Part shown: positions 15,936 through 24,879 of the stretch, one piece after another
Position numbering within the stretch: position 1 is the stretch's first letter
Layout: each line of letters starts with the position of its first letter
From: Candidatus Aenigmatarchaeota archaeon
GTDB taxonomy: Archaea; Aenigmatarchaeota; Aenigmatarchaeia; Aenigmatarchaeales; JACQIB01
Assembly: GCA_046760225.1 (NCBI GenBank)
Contig: JBHIDR010000004.1
Coordinates: 1-38,723, forward strand
Length of the DNA: 38,723 nucleotides
Direction of reading: 5' to 3'
The notes under the pieces: generated by a model
Database searches by the model: none
What the model was told of the DNA's origin: nothing
Seen by the model: only the letters and a program-made list of their open reading frames with translations
Position numbers and translations under genes: made by a program

Positions 15936-18068
15936 ATGCCAGTAATGAAATTCACAGGGGAGCACATAAGCCTGATGTATGCAAAGAGCATGCTGAAGCT
16001 GCTCATGATAACCTTTGTTGCAATTGAGGCGTTCAGGTTCCATATATTCATACCGCTCATAATCTTCTTCATTGCATACTTCACAATGCCCGGCAAGTAC
16101 AAGACAAGCGAGCCATACAAGGCTGCTGAGGCATGGATGAGGATGGGCTTTGGTTTTGTGATAGGCCTGCTTCTGCTCGTGGCACTGACGCCGGGCGCAG
16201 ACGTGGGCATTATTATTGCAAGCTCCATGATAATCTTTGTTGGAATACTGATGGCAGCTGTTGTGGGCATGATACACATGACAACAGGTGGTAAGGTTCT
16301 TCTCACGCTCGGTGTTGCAATAGGCATGGGTGCGCTGTTCGGGCCCGTTATCATATTCGGAACAGAAGCAGTAACACCTGCAGTATCAATATTCTTCCTT
16401 GCGCTGGCTTTTTTTGCAACAATGCCTGAAAGGGAAGAGCCAAAGGAAGGCGAGCCTCAAATCGTCATTACAATCGGGAAGAAACTAGGCAAGAGCGTTG
16501 CCAAGCTTTATGGAAAGGATAATAAGTGGAAACTAATAGGTGATGGCTATTTCCTTGGCCTTGTGCTCATGGCAGGTGTGCCTATTGTTACAAGCTGGGT
16601 GAGCGGGCAGCTTGCACTTGTGGTGGGCCTTGTATGGATAATGTCGCTATTTGTTGGCTACACAGGCGGAAGGGAGGGAAGGCCTGCAATAGGAGTGATA
16701 ATGCTCTTCTTTGCAATATTCGCGTTCTCCTTCCAGTTCACTGGCACAGTAGGTGTTGCTGTCTTTGGTGGTTATTGGCCGGCTGTGTACAATGCAGGGA
16801 CAATGGTGCTTGATCCCCTGACAGCTGCAACAGACAGTGCAGGCATGGCTGTTGGTGATGCCTGGCTTGCGGTCACCTGCCCGTCATGCTACCAGGCAGA
16901 GCTTGAATACCGCAAAAAGCTGGAGAGCGGCATAAAGGAGGGCGGCACAACAAAGGCTCTGGAGCTTGCTAATTTCAAGGCGTTCAGCTATATTTCACAG
17001 GAGAATGAAATCGATCCCGCAACACCACTTGTAGGTTATGTGGAACTGGAGAACAGGGGAGAGTTCACAGCAAACAGGGTCAAGGTTAAGCTTGAAAAGC
17101 CTGTTGAACAGGACCCGACAAAGTTCAGCATGGCTGATCCCCACAGGGACGAGGTAACACTTGTAAATGATAACTGCATTTTCACTGAGTGCACAGCTTC
17201 TGACAGGTCACAAAGCAATGAGTGCGAATGGTTCAGGCCAAGCTACCCAGAGGACATAAAGATGATGCAGTTCAAATGTGGCAGATCTCCCAAATATGAC
17301 AGATGGTCAGATGACATAAGCTCGTGCGCATGTCATGAAAGGGACACATATGCATATGTTGTTGATGCAACATGCAAGGCAGAAGATGCATGCAAGGGCA
17401 AGAGCAGATTTGATATCACTACAGGCGAGACATATGACTGTGGCACAGATGGAGATAATTGCTGGATTGTTTACAAGAAAGCAGGCTGGTTTGTGAAGGT
17501 GCCTTTTGTTTATGAATTTGACTACACAGTCAATGCTTCACTTGATGTGGAAGTAATGAACAAGGAGCTCTTCATAAGAAAGCTGCTGAACAAGGAATTC
17601 AGGAGCGCATGGCAGGATCCCAAAATCGGACTAAAATCAATATATTCAGGAGGTCCCCTGCAGCTGTCAATACACACCATCAGGCAGCCCCTGAGGGACG
17701 ATGAAAGCACACTGGCAAGCGTGGGAGTATCAAACACTGGAACTGGTGTTGTTTTGAAAGACGGTGCAAAGATAACACTTCGCATACCCAAATCACCAGG
17801 AATAACAATGGTAGAGAAACCGACAAAGGTGTCAGCAACAAGGATGGAGGGTTGTGACTGGTCTGAAAGGACAGACGAGGTCGTCCTTGAATGCGAGCTT
17901 GGCTCAGACCTGAACCCTGAAAGCGAAGCACTGTACACATTCAGCTATAAGTTCAAGCTTGATGCAAACATACCTGTGAAAGACCTGCTTTACACAGCAA
18001 GCGCAGACTATACATATGAAAGAAGGGATGATATACAGCTCAAAATTGAGGATGTGCCAATACAGTAG
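15936..18068 (+). CDS. large polytopic membrane protein with Cys-rich extracellular beta domains
   Basis: Many hydrophobic segments in the first ~290 aa; C-terminal domain shares ENxGE / YDY / GPL / NTGTG / DYTY motifs with downstream lipoproteins. Confidence 0.8.
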   Translation: MPVMKFTGEHISLMYAKSMLKLLMITFVAIEAFRFHIFIPLIIFFIAYFTMPGKYKTSEPYKAAEAWMRMGFGFVIGLLLLVALTPGADVGIIIASSMIIFVGILMAAVVGMIHMTTGGKVLLTLGVAIGMGALFGPVIIFGTEAVTPAVSIFFLALAFFATMPEREEPKEGEPQIVITIGKKLGKSVAKLYGKDNKWKLIGDGYFLGLVLMAGVPIVTSWVSGQLALVVGLVWIMSLFVGYTGGREGRPAIGVIMLFFAIFAFSFQFTGTVGVAVFGGYWPAVYNAGTMVLDPLTAATDSAGMAVGDAWLAVTCPSCYQAELEYRKKLESGIKEGGTTKALELANFKAFSYISQENEIDPATPLVGYVELENRGEFTANRVKVKLEKPVEQDPTKFSMADPHRDEVTLVNDNCIFTECTASDRSQSNECEWFRPSYPEDIKMMQFKCGRSPKYDRWSDDISSCACHERDTYAYVVDATCKAEDACKGKSRFDITTGETYDCGTDGDNCWIVYKKAGWFVKVPFVYEFDYTVNASLDVEVMNKELFIRKLLNKEFRSAWQDPKIGLKSIYSGGPLQLSIHTIRQPLRDDESTLASVGVSNTGTGVVLKDGAKITLRIPKSPGITMVEKPTKVSATRMEGCDWSERTDEVVLECELGSDLNPESEALYTFSYKFKLDANIPVKDLLYTASADYTYERRDDIQLKIEDVPIQ

Positions 18069-18108
18069 TATTTTATATTGAAAAACCAAATAATTTCAAG
18101 GTGAATGG

Positions 18109-19017
18109 ATGAAGAAACTGCTCGCAGTGGTTGTTTTTGCTGTAATCATAGCTGGCTGTGTGGGACAGGAGGACACCATAACATACGGCGAGAACATAAT
18201 CATAGTTAAGGACGAGAAGGTGCTTCCAAGTCCTGTGACAGCAGGGAGCAGCTTTGATGTCAGCTTTATTGCACAGAACGTGCATGAGACAGAGGACGCG
18301 AACAATGTGCTGATAACACTTTATGACTGGGGACCAGCTGCATGCAAGGTGACTTCTGTTGGCGGTGCAGGTGTTGGGGAAGAGACATTCTATACGCTTC
18401 TTTCAGAGAGCAGGGTCCCTTCAGGAGCAGAGAGACTGGTTGAAATAGGCGCAAAAGCGCCTTCGCAGGCAGAAATTGCAGGAATAAGGTCGAGGTGCGA
18501 CTTCAAGTATAATGTAATGTACGACAGCTTTGCAGTAACAACAATAGACACTTCTGTTATTTCAGAGGCAAGGCTGAAGCAGCTGCAGAAGGCAGGCGAG
18601 ACTGTCAGCTTTAGCCCTACGCAGACAATCGGAGCAGGCCCTATCCAGATAAAGTTCGAGCACGCAGTAAGTCTTCCTGTAAGGGAAGGAGACAGCCTGA
18701 TATTCGATGTCAAGGTAGAAGACGTGGGGGAAGGAAACTACATCAGCATACCTGTTGACACACTTGAGGTAACTGTTCCAGAAGAATTCATACCTGTGGA
18801 AGAGGGATGCAGTATTGAGTTTGTCGGGAATGTGGAGAATGGGAAAAGAGTGTACAGGAACAAGGAACCACTTCCGCTCATAAGGGGGAGCACATCAAAA
18901 TACAGGTGCAAGTTCACAGCACCCAGTGTGCTTGAGGAAAGGACATTCTTCATAACAGGAAGAATGGACTACACTTACGTAATATACAAGGAGATAAGTG
19001 TCGACATAATACCATGA
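18109..19017 (+). CDS. putative lipoprotein, two Ig-like beta domains
   Basis: MKKLLAVVVFAVIIAGC lipobox; GPIQI, DVGEG, DYTY. Confidence 0.8.
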   Translation: MKKLLAVVVFAVIIAGCVGQEDTITYGENIIIVKDEKVLPSPVTAGSSFDVSFIAQNVHETEDANNVLITLYDWGPAACKVTSVGGAGVGEETFYTLLSESRVPSGAERLVEIGAKAPSQAEIAGIRSRCDFKYNVMYDSFAVTTIDTSVISEARLKQLQKAGETVSFSPTQTIGAGPIQIKFEHAVSLPVREGDSLIFDVKVEDVGEGNYISIPVDTLEVTVPEEFIPVEEGCSIEFVGNVENGKRVYRNKEPLPLIRGSTSKYRCKFTAPSVLEERTFFITGRMDYTYVIYKEISVDIIP

Positions 19018-19022
19018 TTCAT

Positions 19023-19889
19023 ATGAAAAGCAAAATTTTGGTTCTGGTGGCTGTTTTTGTTCTTTTAGCCAGTGGCTGTGTTGGGCAGGAGGAGGGAGAT
19101 GTCATAAAACAGATTCTCAGGATAGATGTTGTTGCAGGAGGAGTAGAGGACATCCACATAAGGGCAGAGGTACCTGAGTTTGCAAGACCGAACAGGAACT
19201 TCACATGGCACATCCTTGCAACACCGAGCATTGATATTTCTGATTTTGATTTCTTTGTCTATGACAGGTGCGGGGAGCTCTTCATTCCTGTTGGCGATGA
19301 CTCCTTCCATGAGGACTCAATAAGGGCGAACAGGACAAAGACATACGAGATAAAATATACACTGAAGGAAACCCAGGTTAACAGCTGCAAGGTTAGGTTC
19401 AAGACAACTTATACATCGAACATGACAATGAGCCAGAACATTGTTGTGCTTGATGAGTTCGAGTGGATGGAAAGGGAGAACAGGGGCACAAGAAAGGACA
19501 TACCTGTGTACACTTACAGCAGCACGAACCCGCTCAGGATGGAGATCTCCTTTTCCCATGACCAGCCATTGATAGAGGAAGCTGAAGTAAGGATGTATAT
19601 TGATTACTATGATGATGGAACAGGCATAATAAGCGAGCTCGGGCCAGGCGATGTTAAGATAGAGGTGCCCGGCAACCTGGAGTTCATTACATGCGATGAC
19701 TATAAAATGGAAGATAACATGCTTGTGCTTGACAAGGAAAAGAAGTTCTTCAACAAAAAGGCTGTGCGCTCCACATGCGAGTTCAACACGCTGGCCGAGC
19801 AGGTAATTGACACAAGGACAATGTTCATAGAGGCTCTCTATGGCTATAGCCTGGACAATGAGTTCACAGTAAGCATACTGAGGTTGTGA
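19023..19889 (+). CDS. putative lipoprotein, paralog of 18109
   Basis: MKSKILVLVAVFVLLASGC lipobox; NPLRM, DDGTG, LYGY. Confidence 0.8.
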   Translation: MKSKILVLVAVFVLLASGCVGQEEGDVIKQILRIDVVAGGVEDIHIRAEVPEFARPNRNFTWHILATPSIDISDFDFFVYDRCGELFIPVGDDSFHEDSIRANRTKTYEIKYTLKETQVNSCKVRFKTTYTSNMTMSQNIVVLDEFEWMERENRGTRKDIPVYTYSSTNPLRMEISFSHDQPLIEEAEVRMYIDYYDDGTGIISELGPGDVKIEVPGNLEFITCDDYKMEDNMLVLDKEKKFFNKKAVRSTCEFNTLAEQVIDTRTMFIEALYGYSLDNEFTVSILRL

Positions 19890-19891
19890 AA

Positions 19892-20242
19892 ATGGGAATT
19901 GAAATGGCTGGCTTCACATGGTCGCTCCTTGCAGGCATGATGGCAGCCATACTCATGGTCTACTCAATTGACAAGAAAAGCAAGGAGCTGTATGTTGCAT
20001 CTCTTGCATTCGTGCTGGCTTCCTGGAGCGGGCTTGAATGGGGGCTCTGGATGCTCGGGCAGGACATGTTCCAGCTTGTGTACAGGCCGATTGTTCCCAT
20101 GGCCTTCTTTTTCCTTGTCTGGACAGGGTTTGTGATATATACCTCTGAAAAGGTGTTCAAGGAAAGGCGCTACTGGGTGGCCTTCCTGGCCCTCATCATA
20201 TTTATAAGCATTGTTGCACGTTTTTGCATGGACTGCCTGTGA
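19892..20242 (+). CDS. small 4-TM membrane protein
   Basis: Four hydrophobic segments; closely coupled to the upstream gene (alternative GTG start 19886). Confidence 0.75.
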   Translation: MGIEMAGFTWSLLAGMMAAILMVYSIDKKSKELYVASLAFVLASWSGLEWGLWMLGQDMFQLVYRPIVPMAFFFLVWTGFVIYTSEKVFKERRYWVAFLALIIFISIVARFCMDCL

Positions 20243-20293
20243 AAATAGATTTAAATATGAACATCAAACAATTATGAATAGAGAGGGAGTGAA

Positions 20294-21184
20294 ATGAGCA
20301 AATATCTGCTTGCAGTGGTTGTTTTTGTAGTATTGATATCTGGATGCTTTGGGCAGCCACCTGTAGATCAAGAAATCGAATGTGCAACTTCTATGGTAAA
20401 CGGGCTTTCAATAACATGCTTTTCCTCTTCTGTAGGAGATTTGAGGAGCGGCCAGTCAACAACACTCCAGCTGGAGGTCGAGAACAAGGGAGAGGATGTT
20501 GTAAGCCAGGAATGGGGAGCCGCGCACCTGATAATACCAACTGACTGGAGCCTTGAAAAGGCAGTTACGCTTGCCTATCCAAAGGACCTGAAGAACGCTG
20601 ACCCTGCAACAGGAAGGCCTGCTGACATATACCAGTTCAGGTGGAGGGCAACCTCGCCAGGACTTCCCCGCGGCCAGGTAAGGTATGACACAATTATAGG
20701 AAGGGTTTATTATGACTATACCACGACTGCAAGCGGTGTTATCCCTGTATATCCCTATGGGGAGGACATAGTTGAAACAGCCAGCTTTACATCAAGTGTT
20801 GGTCCTGTTGCAATAAGCGTTGCTGTTATGCCCAACCCGCCAGCAATAGAATTTGCTGGAGAGGAGTTCAGCCTTTCAATAGTTGTAACAAACACTGGTG
20901 AGGGACAGGTCTATATGAACAACACTGTAAACTCTGGCAATCTTGAGCTGGAAGAAACAGAAAGGGACATTGTCAACCTTGATATTGTGCTTCCAACAGG
21001 ACTCAATGTAACAGATCCAGGATGCTACAAGGACATTGAACTGATTCGGGGAAGGGCAACTGCAATATGTGATGTGGAAGTAATCGACAAGCCTGTTGCA
21101 AAGCAGCTCCATCCTGTCACAATAAAGGCATACTATGGATACATGATAGAGGCCAGCACAACAGTGAGCATCACAGGAAGATAA
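20294..21184 (+). CDS. putative lipoprotein, paralog of 18109/19023
   Basis: MSKYLLAVVVFVVLISGC lipobox; ENKGE, YYDY, GPVAI, NTGEG, YYGY. Confidence 0.8.
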   Translation: MSKYLLAVVVFVVLISGCFGQPPVDQEIECATSMVNGLSITCFSSSVGDLRSGQSTTLQLEVENKGEDVVSQEWGAAHLIIPTDWSLEKAVTLAYPKDLKNADPATGRPADIYQFRWRATSPGLPRGQVRYDTIIGRVYYDYTTTASGVIPVYPYGEDIVETASFTSSVGPVAISVAVMPNPPAIEFAGEEFSLSIVVTNTGEGQVYMNNTVNSGNLELEETERDIVNLDIVLPTGLNVTDPGCYKDIELIRGRATAICDVEVIDKPVAKQLHPVTIKAYYGYMIEASTTVSITGR

Positions 21185-21191
21185 TCAGAAC

Positions 21192-22430
21192 TTAATATTC
21201 TGAAAGGTTCTTTTGCTTGTGTTCGTAATATTTAATTTCTAGCTTCTTGCCTGGTGGAATCGGTATACCATATACGCCTGCACCACCAGGTATATATCTG
21301 AACTTCCCATTCCTGAAAGCAGATATCAGCTCGCTTGTCCCTTGGTCTATTTTTGCTATATCCTCAATAGGAACCTCAATCAGTACCTTTATTTCGCTTC
21401 CAAAGCTGTCGACAAGCTGCCTCCATAAATCTTGAACCTTGACAGACCAGACATTTGTTATATTCAGGGCTTTTGCTATTATTTCTGAAAGAGGGATTAT
21501 ATGGACGTATTTTGGTCTATGGGAAGGGTGCCTATCTTCTTCAAAGCTAGCAAGCTCCTCTATCCTGAAATCAACCCCTTTCTTAATCGCTCTCTTACAA
21601 TTGGGGCATCTCCAACCAAATCTGGCAGCTTCCTTTGGTTTGAAAAATAACAAACAGCCAGTGCATCTTGTTTTATGGTACTTGCCCTCCAGCGGATTGA
21701 AGCCCACGTTCAGGATACATCTCCTACCACCTTCTCTCTTCAGTGCCTTCCTTATTTCCTCGAAACTGATTCCCTTTATCTGGAGCCTGTTAAATTCTCT
21801 TCCCATTTTGTTTGGCCATGGACTATGGGCATCACTGTTTGTAAGGAATGATAGGTTATGCAACTCAGCTATTCTGTCAGCCATATTGGTATCTGCTGAG
21901 AGGCCCAGCTCCACGAAATGTATTCTCTTCCACTGGTCTCCGTAACAACCCTTGTAAGAATCAAACTTTGCATACAAGCCAAAATAAGGAGTAAAGGCAT
22001 GGGCAAACCCGATAAGGCAGCCAGCTTCGTTGCATATTTCTGCTACCTGCTCTCCGTTTAAGTGTATTTTTGGCCTGCCATCCATGTCCAAGTTCTTACA
22101 ATAATTTTTAAACTTCTCTCTAAGCTCGTACACCTTACTGAAGCTTGGGAACAAAATGATATGATGCACCCTGTTGTTGTCCTCTATCTCTGTTTGTAAT
22201 AAAAACTTTGTTCCATTAGGATGCTCAAGAACATCATCTGCTGTTTGCTTCAGCTGTTCTTTTACCAGTCTTATCCAGCGTTCGTTCAGTATGTCAGCCG
22301 TACCAACAAGGTGAAGGCCTTTAAGTGGTGCCTGTTCCCCGATAACTCGGGGCACCATCTTATCTGATACAGCTCCAGAATACAGGCCATGCAAATGCAA
22401 GTCTGCATTGATCTCGATAAAATCGCTCAT
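21192..22430 (-). CDS. TIGR00375-family PHP-domain protein (endonuclease Q-like)
   Basis: ADLHLHG.YS, VGTAD, RVHH, DGRP, AHAFTP, ELGLSAD, NSDAHSP, GREFN, GKYH..C..C, CPNC..IKKGV, PGGAGVYG. ATG 22430 overlaps the upstream stop (ATGA). Confidence 0.88.
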   Translation of the reverse strand: MSDFIEINADLHLHGLYSGAVSDKMVPRVIGEQAPLKGLHLVGTADILNERWIRLVKEQLKQTADDVLEHPNGTKFLLQTEIEDNNRVHHIILFPSFSKVYELREKFKNYCKNLDMDGRPKIHLNGEQVAEICNEAGCLIGFAHAFTPYFGLYAKFDSYKGCYGDQWKRIHFVELGLSADTNMADRIAELHNLSFLTNSDAHSPWPNKMGREFNRLQIKGISFEEIRKALKREGGRRCILNVGFNPLEGKYHKTRCTGCLLFFKPKEAARFGWRCPNCKRAIKKGVDFRIEELASFEEDRHPSHRPKYVHIIPLSEIIAKALNITNVWSVKVQDLWRQLVDSFGSEIKVLIEVPIEDIAKIDQGTSELISAFRNGKFRYIPGGAGVYGIPIPPGKKLEIKYYEHKQKNLSEY

Positions 22431-23173
22431 TTTCTCGCCCTGAAGATTATTGTTGGTCCAATCTTTCTCGATAAATCCTTGGGATAATATTCTTCCAGCC
22501 CCTTTTGCTCCAACCATAAGGGCTCAATAATTTTTTCAACAAAAAATCCAGCTCCAATCAAAGCATTGTAGATGTCGCTTACTTTTACATGATATCCGAC
22601 AAATTTGTGTTTCTTGCCGTCAGGCCAAACCTCAATTTCTTCATATCTGCCTGTCTTAAAATAGCTCTTCTCAATCCTGTGCGTCTTAATGTTTATCAAG
22701 TCATGAAAAGGATGGGGCATGCTGAACACAAACAGCCCCTTTTTCTTGACTATCCTGTAGACCCCCCTGAATAGCTTTTTAAGGTTCGGAGAATATTGGA
22801 AAGCCCATGCCGAGACAGCCATATCGAAACTGTTGGATTTGAATCTCGTCAAATTTTGAAAATCGCCCTTCACAAACCTGACTTTCACCTTTTCCTTTTT
22901 AGCCAGATTTTCTGCATATTTCAGCTGCTCTTTAGATACATCTATTCCTGTGCATATTGCTCCCCTCTTTGCTAGGGCTATTGAATTTTGACCGCCGCCA
23001 CATCCAACTTCAATTATTTTTTTGCCCTTGACATTGCCAAGCAGCCTTAATTTGCCTTCATTTGGTGCATGCACTCCCCAATGAACAGAGCTTGTAGGTA
23101 TTTTGGCATCCTTTTGAAAATATTGGGAAGATTCATCCCACCATTTTTCTATTATTCTCCTGTCCTTCCCCAT
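22427..23173 (-). CDS. class I SAM-dependent methyltransferase
   Basis: IIEVGCGGG, GIDVS, FDMAVS, GLFVFSMPHPF. Confidence 0.88.
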   Translation of the reverse strand: MGKDRRIIEKWWDESSQYFQKDAKIPTSSVHWGVHAPNEGKLRLLGNVKGKKIIEVGCGGGQNSIALAKRGAICTGIDVSKEQLKYAENLAKKEKVKVRFVKGDFQNLTRFKSNSFDMAVSAWAFQYSPNLKKLFRGVYRIVKKKGLFVFSMPHPFHDLINIKTHRIEKSYFKTGRYEEIEVWPDGKKHKFVGYHVKVSDIYNALIGAGFFVEKIIEPLWLEQKGLEEYYPKDLSRKIGPTIIFRARK

Positions 23174-23183
23174 AAAAACCACA

Positions 23184-23283
23184 TGGTGGGCCGGGGGAGA
23201 ATCGAACTCCCGATCCCTACCGTGTCAGGGTAGTGTCATTTGGTGAAGCTCCTGAAGAAGCTTTACCACTAGACCACCAGCCC
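23184..23283 (-). tRNA. tRNA-Val(GAC) with a ~23-24 nt D-loop intron (~23239-23263), encoded CCA
   Basis: GGGCTGG TG GTCT AGTGGTA[..]TGAC A CTACC CTGACAC GGTAG GGATC GGGAG TTCGATT CTCCC CCGGCCC ACCA; intron hairpin AGCTTC-TTCA-GGAGCT; exact junction ambiguous by 1-2 nt. Confidence 0.9.
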
Positions 23284-23336
23284 GTGCATGAAAGTTAATA
23301 AAGAAAGTTTATTAAGTTTTCCTTATAACTCTTATT

Positions 23337-23795
23337 ATGGCAATAAACAGGGAATACAGCAGGCTCAAGAAGAAATACAAGAAGCTCCCTGACTGGGCAT
23401 GGCTCAGGAAGAACTTCACTGTCAAGATAGAGGAGGACGGAGCTGCAATAGAGCAGGTCAAGAACACCATGGTGGAGAAGCTGGAGAGCGTCAACGGGAA
23501 AATAGAGCCCATACTCTCTGGTGCTGAGAACTTCTGCTGCTATTTTGAAAGGAGGATGCTCGCGCGGAAGCAGAAGGAAAAGATGTTCGAGCTCTACAAG
23601 AAGATACAGTCATTGCTCTGGAGGTCCAGTGCAATAAACGTAAGCCCTTCTGAAAAGGAATGTGTTGAATGGGTGATAGATGCAAAGGAATTCTGGGAAA
23701 CGAACAAGAGGTTCTTTGTTGACACGTTCCATAGTATCTCAAAGGGCTGGAAGGCCCACAAGGAAGCTGAAGTGGAAACAGCATACCACGGGTAA
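23337..23795 (+). CDS. conserved hypothetical protein
   Basis: 152-aa helical ORF (Y..LKKKY.LP...C-terminal YHG); core codon usage. Confidence 0.75.
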   Translation: MAINREYSRLKKKYKKLPDWAWLRKNFTVKIEEDGAAIEQVKNTMVEKLESVNGKIEPILSGAENFCCYFERRMLARKQKEKMFELYKKIQSLLWRSSAINVSPSEKECVEWVIDAKEFWETNKRFFVDTFHSISKGWKAHKEAEVETAYHG

Positions 23796-23800
23796 TTTCT

Positions 23801-24322
23801 ATGGGAATTCTTGGAAAGAAATTCTATGAAAGAAATACAAAGAAGGTGGCGAAAGAGCTGCTGGGCAAGATACTCGTTCATGGAAGGAAGAGGGGGAAGA
23901 TAGTTGAGACAGAAGCGTATCTTGGAAAAAATGATCCTGGTTCAAAAGGATGTAGGAATGTTAAATCTGCCCCAAAGGTGCTGCTCGGGTCTGCAGGCCA
24001 TGCATTTGTTTACTTTACTTACGGAAATCACTGGATGCTGAATGCTGTTACTGAAAAAGAAGGAAAGGCAGGAGCTGTTCTCATAAGGGCAATAGAGCCT
24101 ATTGCAAACGTGAAGAACACCAGTGGACCGGGAAGGCTTACAAAGGCATTCAGAATAACAGGCAAACACAGCGGAAAGGACCTGACAAGGGGAAGGCTAT
24201 ATATCGAGGACTCAAAGGAAAGGCCCAAGATAGTAACAACAACAAGAATAGGACTTTCAAAGGGAAGCGACCTGAAGCTTAGGTACTATATCAGGGAGAA
24301 TAAATTCATTTCAAGGAAATGA
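23801..24322 (+). CDS. mpg: 3-methyladenine DNA glycosylase (MPG/AAG family)
   Basis: VAKELLGK, IVETEAYLG..DP, YFTYG.H.MLN, AVLIRAIEP, GPGRLTKA, RIG.S. Confidence 0.92.
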   Translation: MGILGKKFYERNTKKVAKELLGKILVHGRKRGKIVETEAYLGKNDPGSKGCRNVKSAPKVLLGSAGHAFVYFTYGNHWMLNAVTEKEGKAGAVLIRAIEPIANVKNTSGPGRLTKAFRITGKHSGKDLTRGRLYIEDSKERPKIVTTTRIGLSKGSDLKLRYYIRENKFISRK

Positions 24323-24323
24323 T

Positions 24324-24599
24324 TCACTTTTTCTTTTTTGGTTTCTTCACTGGCTTCTTCTTTACTGGCTTCCAGGCAGGCATCCTTCTCATGTATGCAT
24401 TTACAAATCTGGTTGCCGCTTTCTTGTCCATTTTCTTTGCCTTCATGAAGAAAACAACCATTCCTTCCTTTACTGCTGCCCTTGACTTCAGCTTTCCTTT
24501 TGTATCAGTGCAGTAAATGCAGTAAACATTCTTCTCATTCCCCCCGCCGTGCTGCTTGGCGGTCTTCATTGGCATACCGCAACTCTTGCAGCTTACCAT
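24324..24599 (-). CDS. putative zinc-ribbon protein with Lys-rich tail
   Basis: CKSCGMPM...YCIYC...MPAWK. Start moved to ATG 24599 because the track's extension overlaps the tRNA. Confidence 0.8.
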   Translation of the reverse strand: MVSCKSCGMPMKTAKQHGGGNEKNVYCIYCTDTKGKLKSRAAVKEGMVVFFMKAKKMDKKAATRFVNAYMRRMPAWKPVKKKPVKKPKKKK

Positions 24600-24634
24600 A
24601 ATAGAATTTGCTTTGAGGGGGTTAATAAAGAAAA

Positions 24635-24830
24635 TGGTGGGCGGGATGAGATTTGAACTCACGACTTCTAGACCGGTTTGGATTCCAGACCGGTTCACTA
24701 GTTGGCCTCGCCACTAGCTTTTCCAGCCAGTGCCTTATAAGACTTGCACGCAGTGCTTAGCGCTCTAATTGCCAAACGCTTGGGTTTCCTGGCTGAGCTT
24801 TGCGGGTCCGTTCGCACGAACTACCCGCCC
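24635..24830 (-). tRNA. tRNA-Ile(UAU) with five introns: 8/9 (24800-24822), 19/20 (24769-24787), 29/30 (24744-24757), 37/38 (24704-24735), 45/46 (24666-24695); encoded CCA
   Basis: Removing 23+19+14+32+30 nt from 196 nt gives a 78-nt cloverleaf: GGGCGGG TA GCTC AGCCAGGTTA GAGC G CTAGT CTTATAA ACTAG TGGTC GTGAG TTCAAAT CTCAT CCCGCCC ACCA. Each junction sits in a BHB-type motif. Confidence 0.88.
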
Positions 24831-24879
24831 TTATCCTCGCCCATGCTATTTTTATTGTTACGCACAGTAATTTAAAAAT

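Noticed and set aside
24831..24842. Upstream GGGCG copy as a sixth intron in the tRNA-Ile acceptor stem
   Set aside because: No BHB; the acceptor strand is already complete from 24830, so this is treated as leader.
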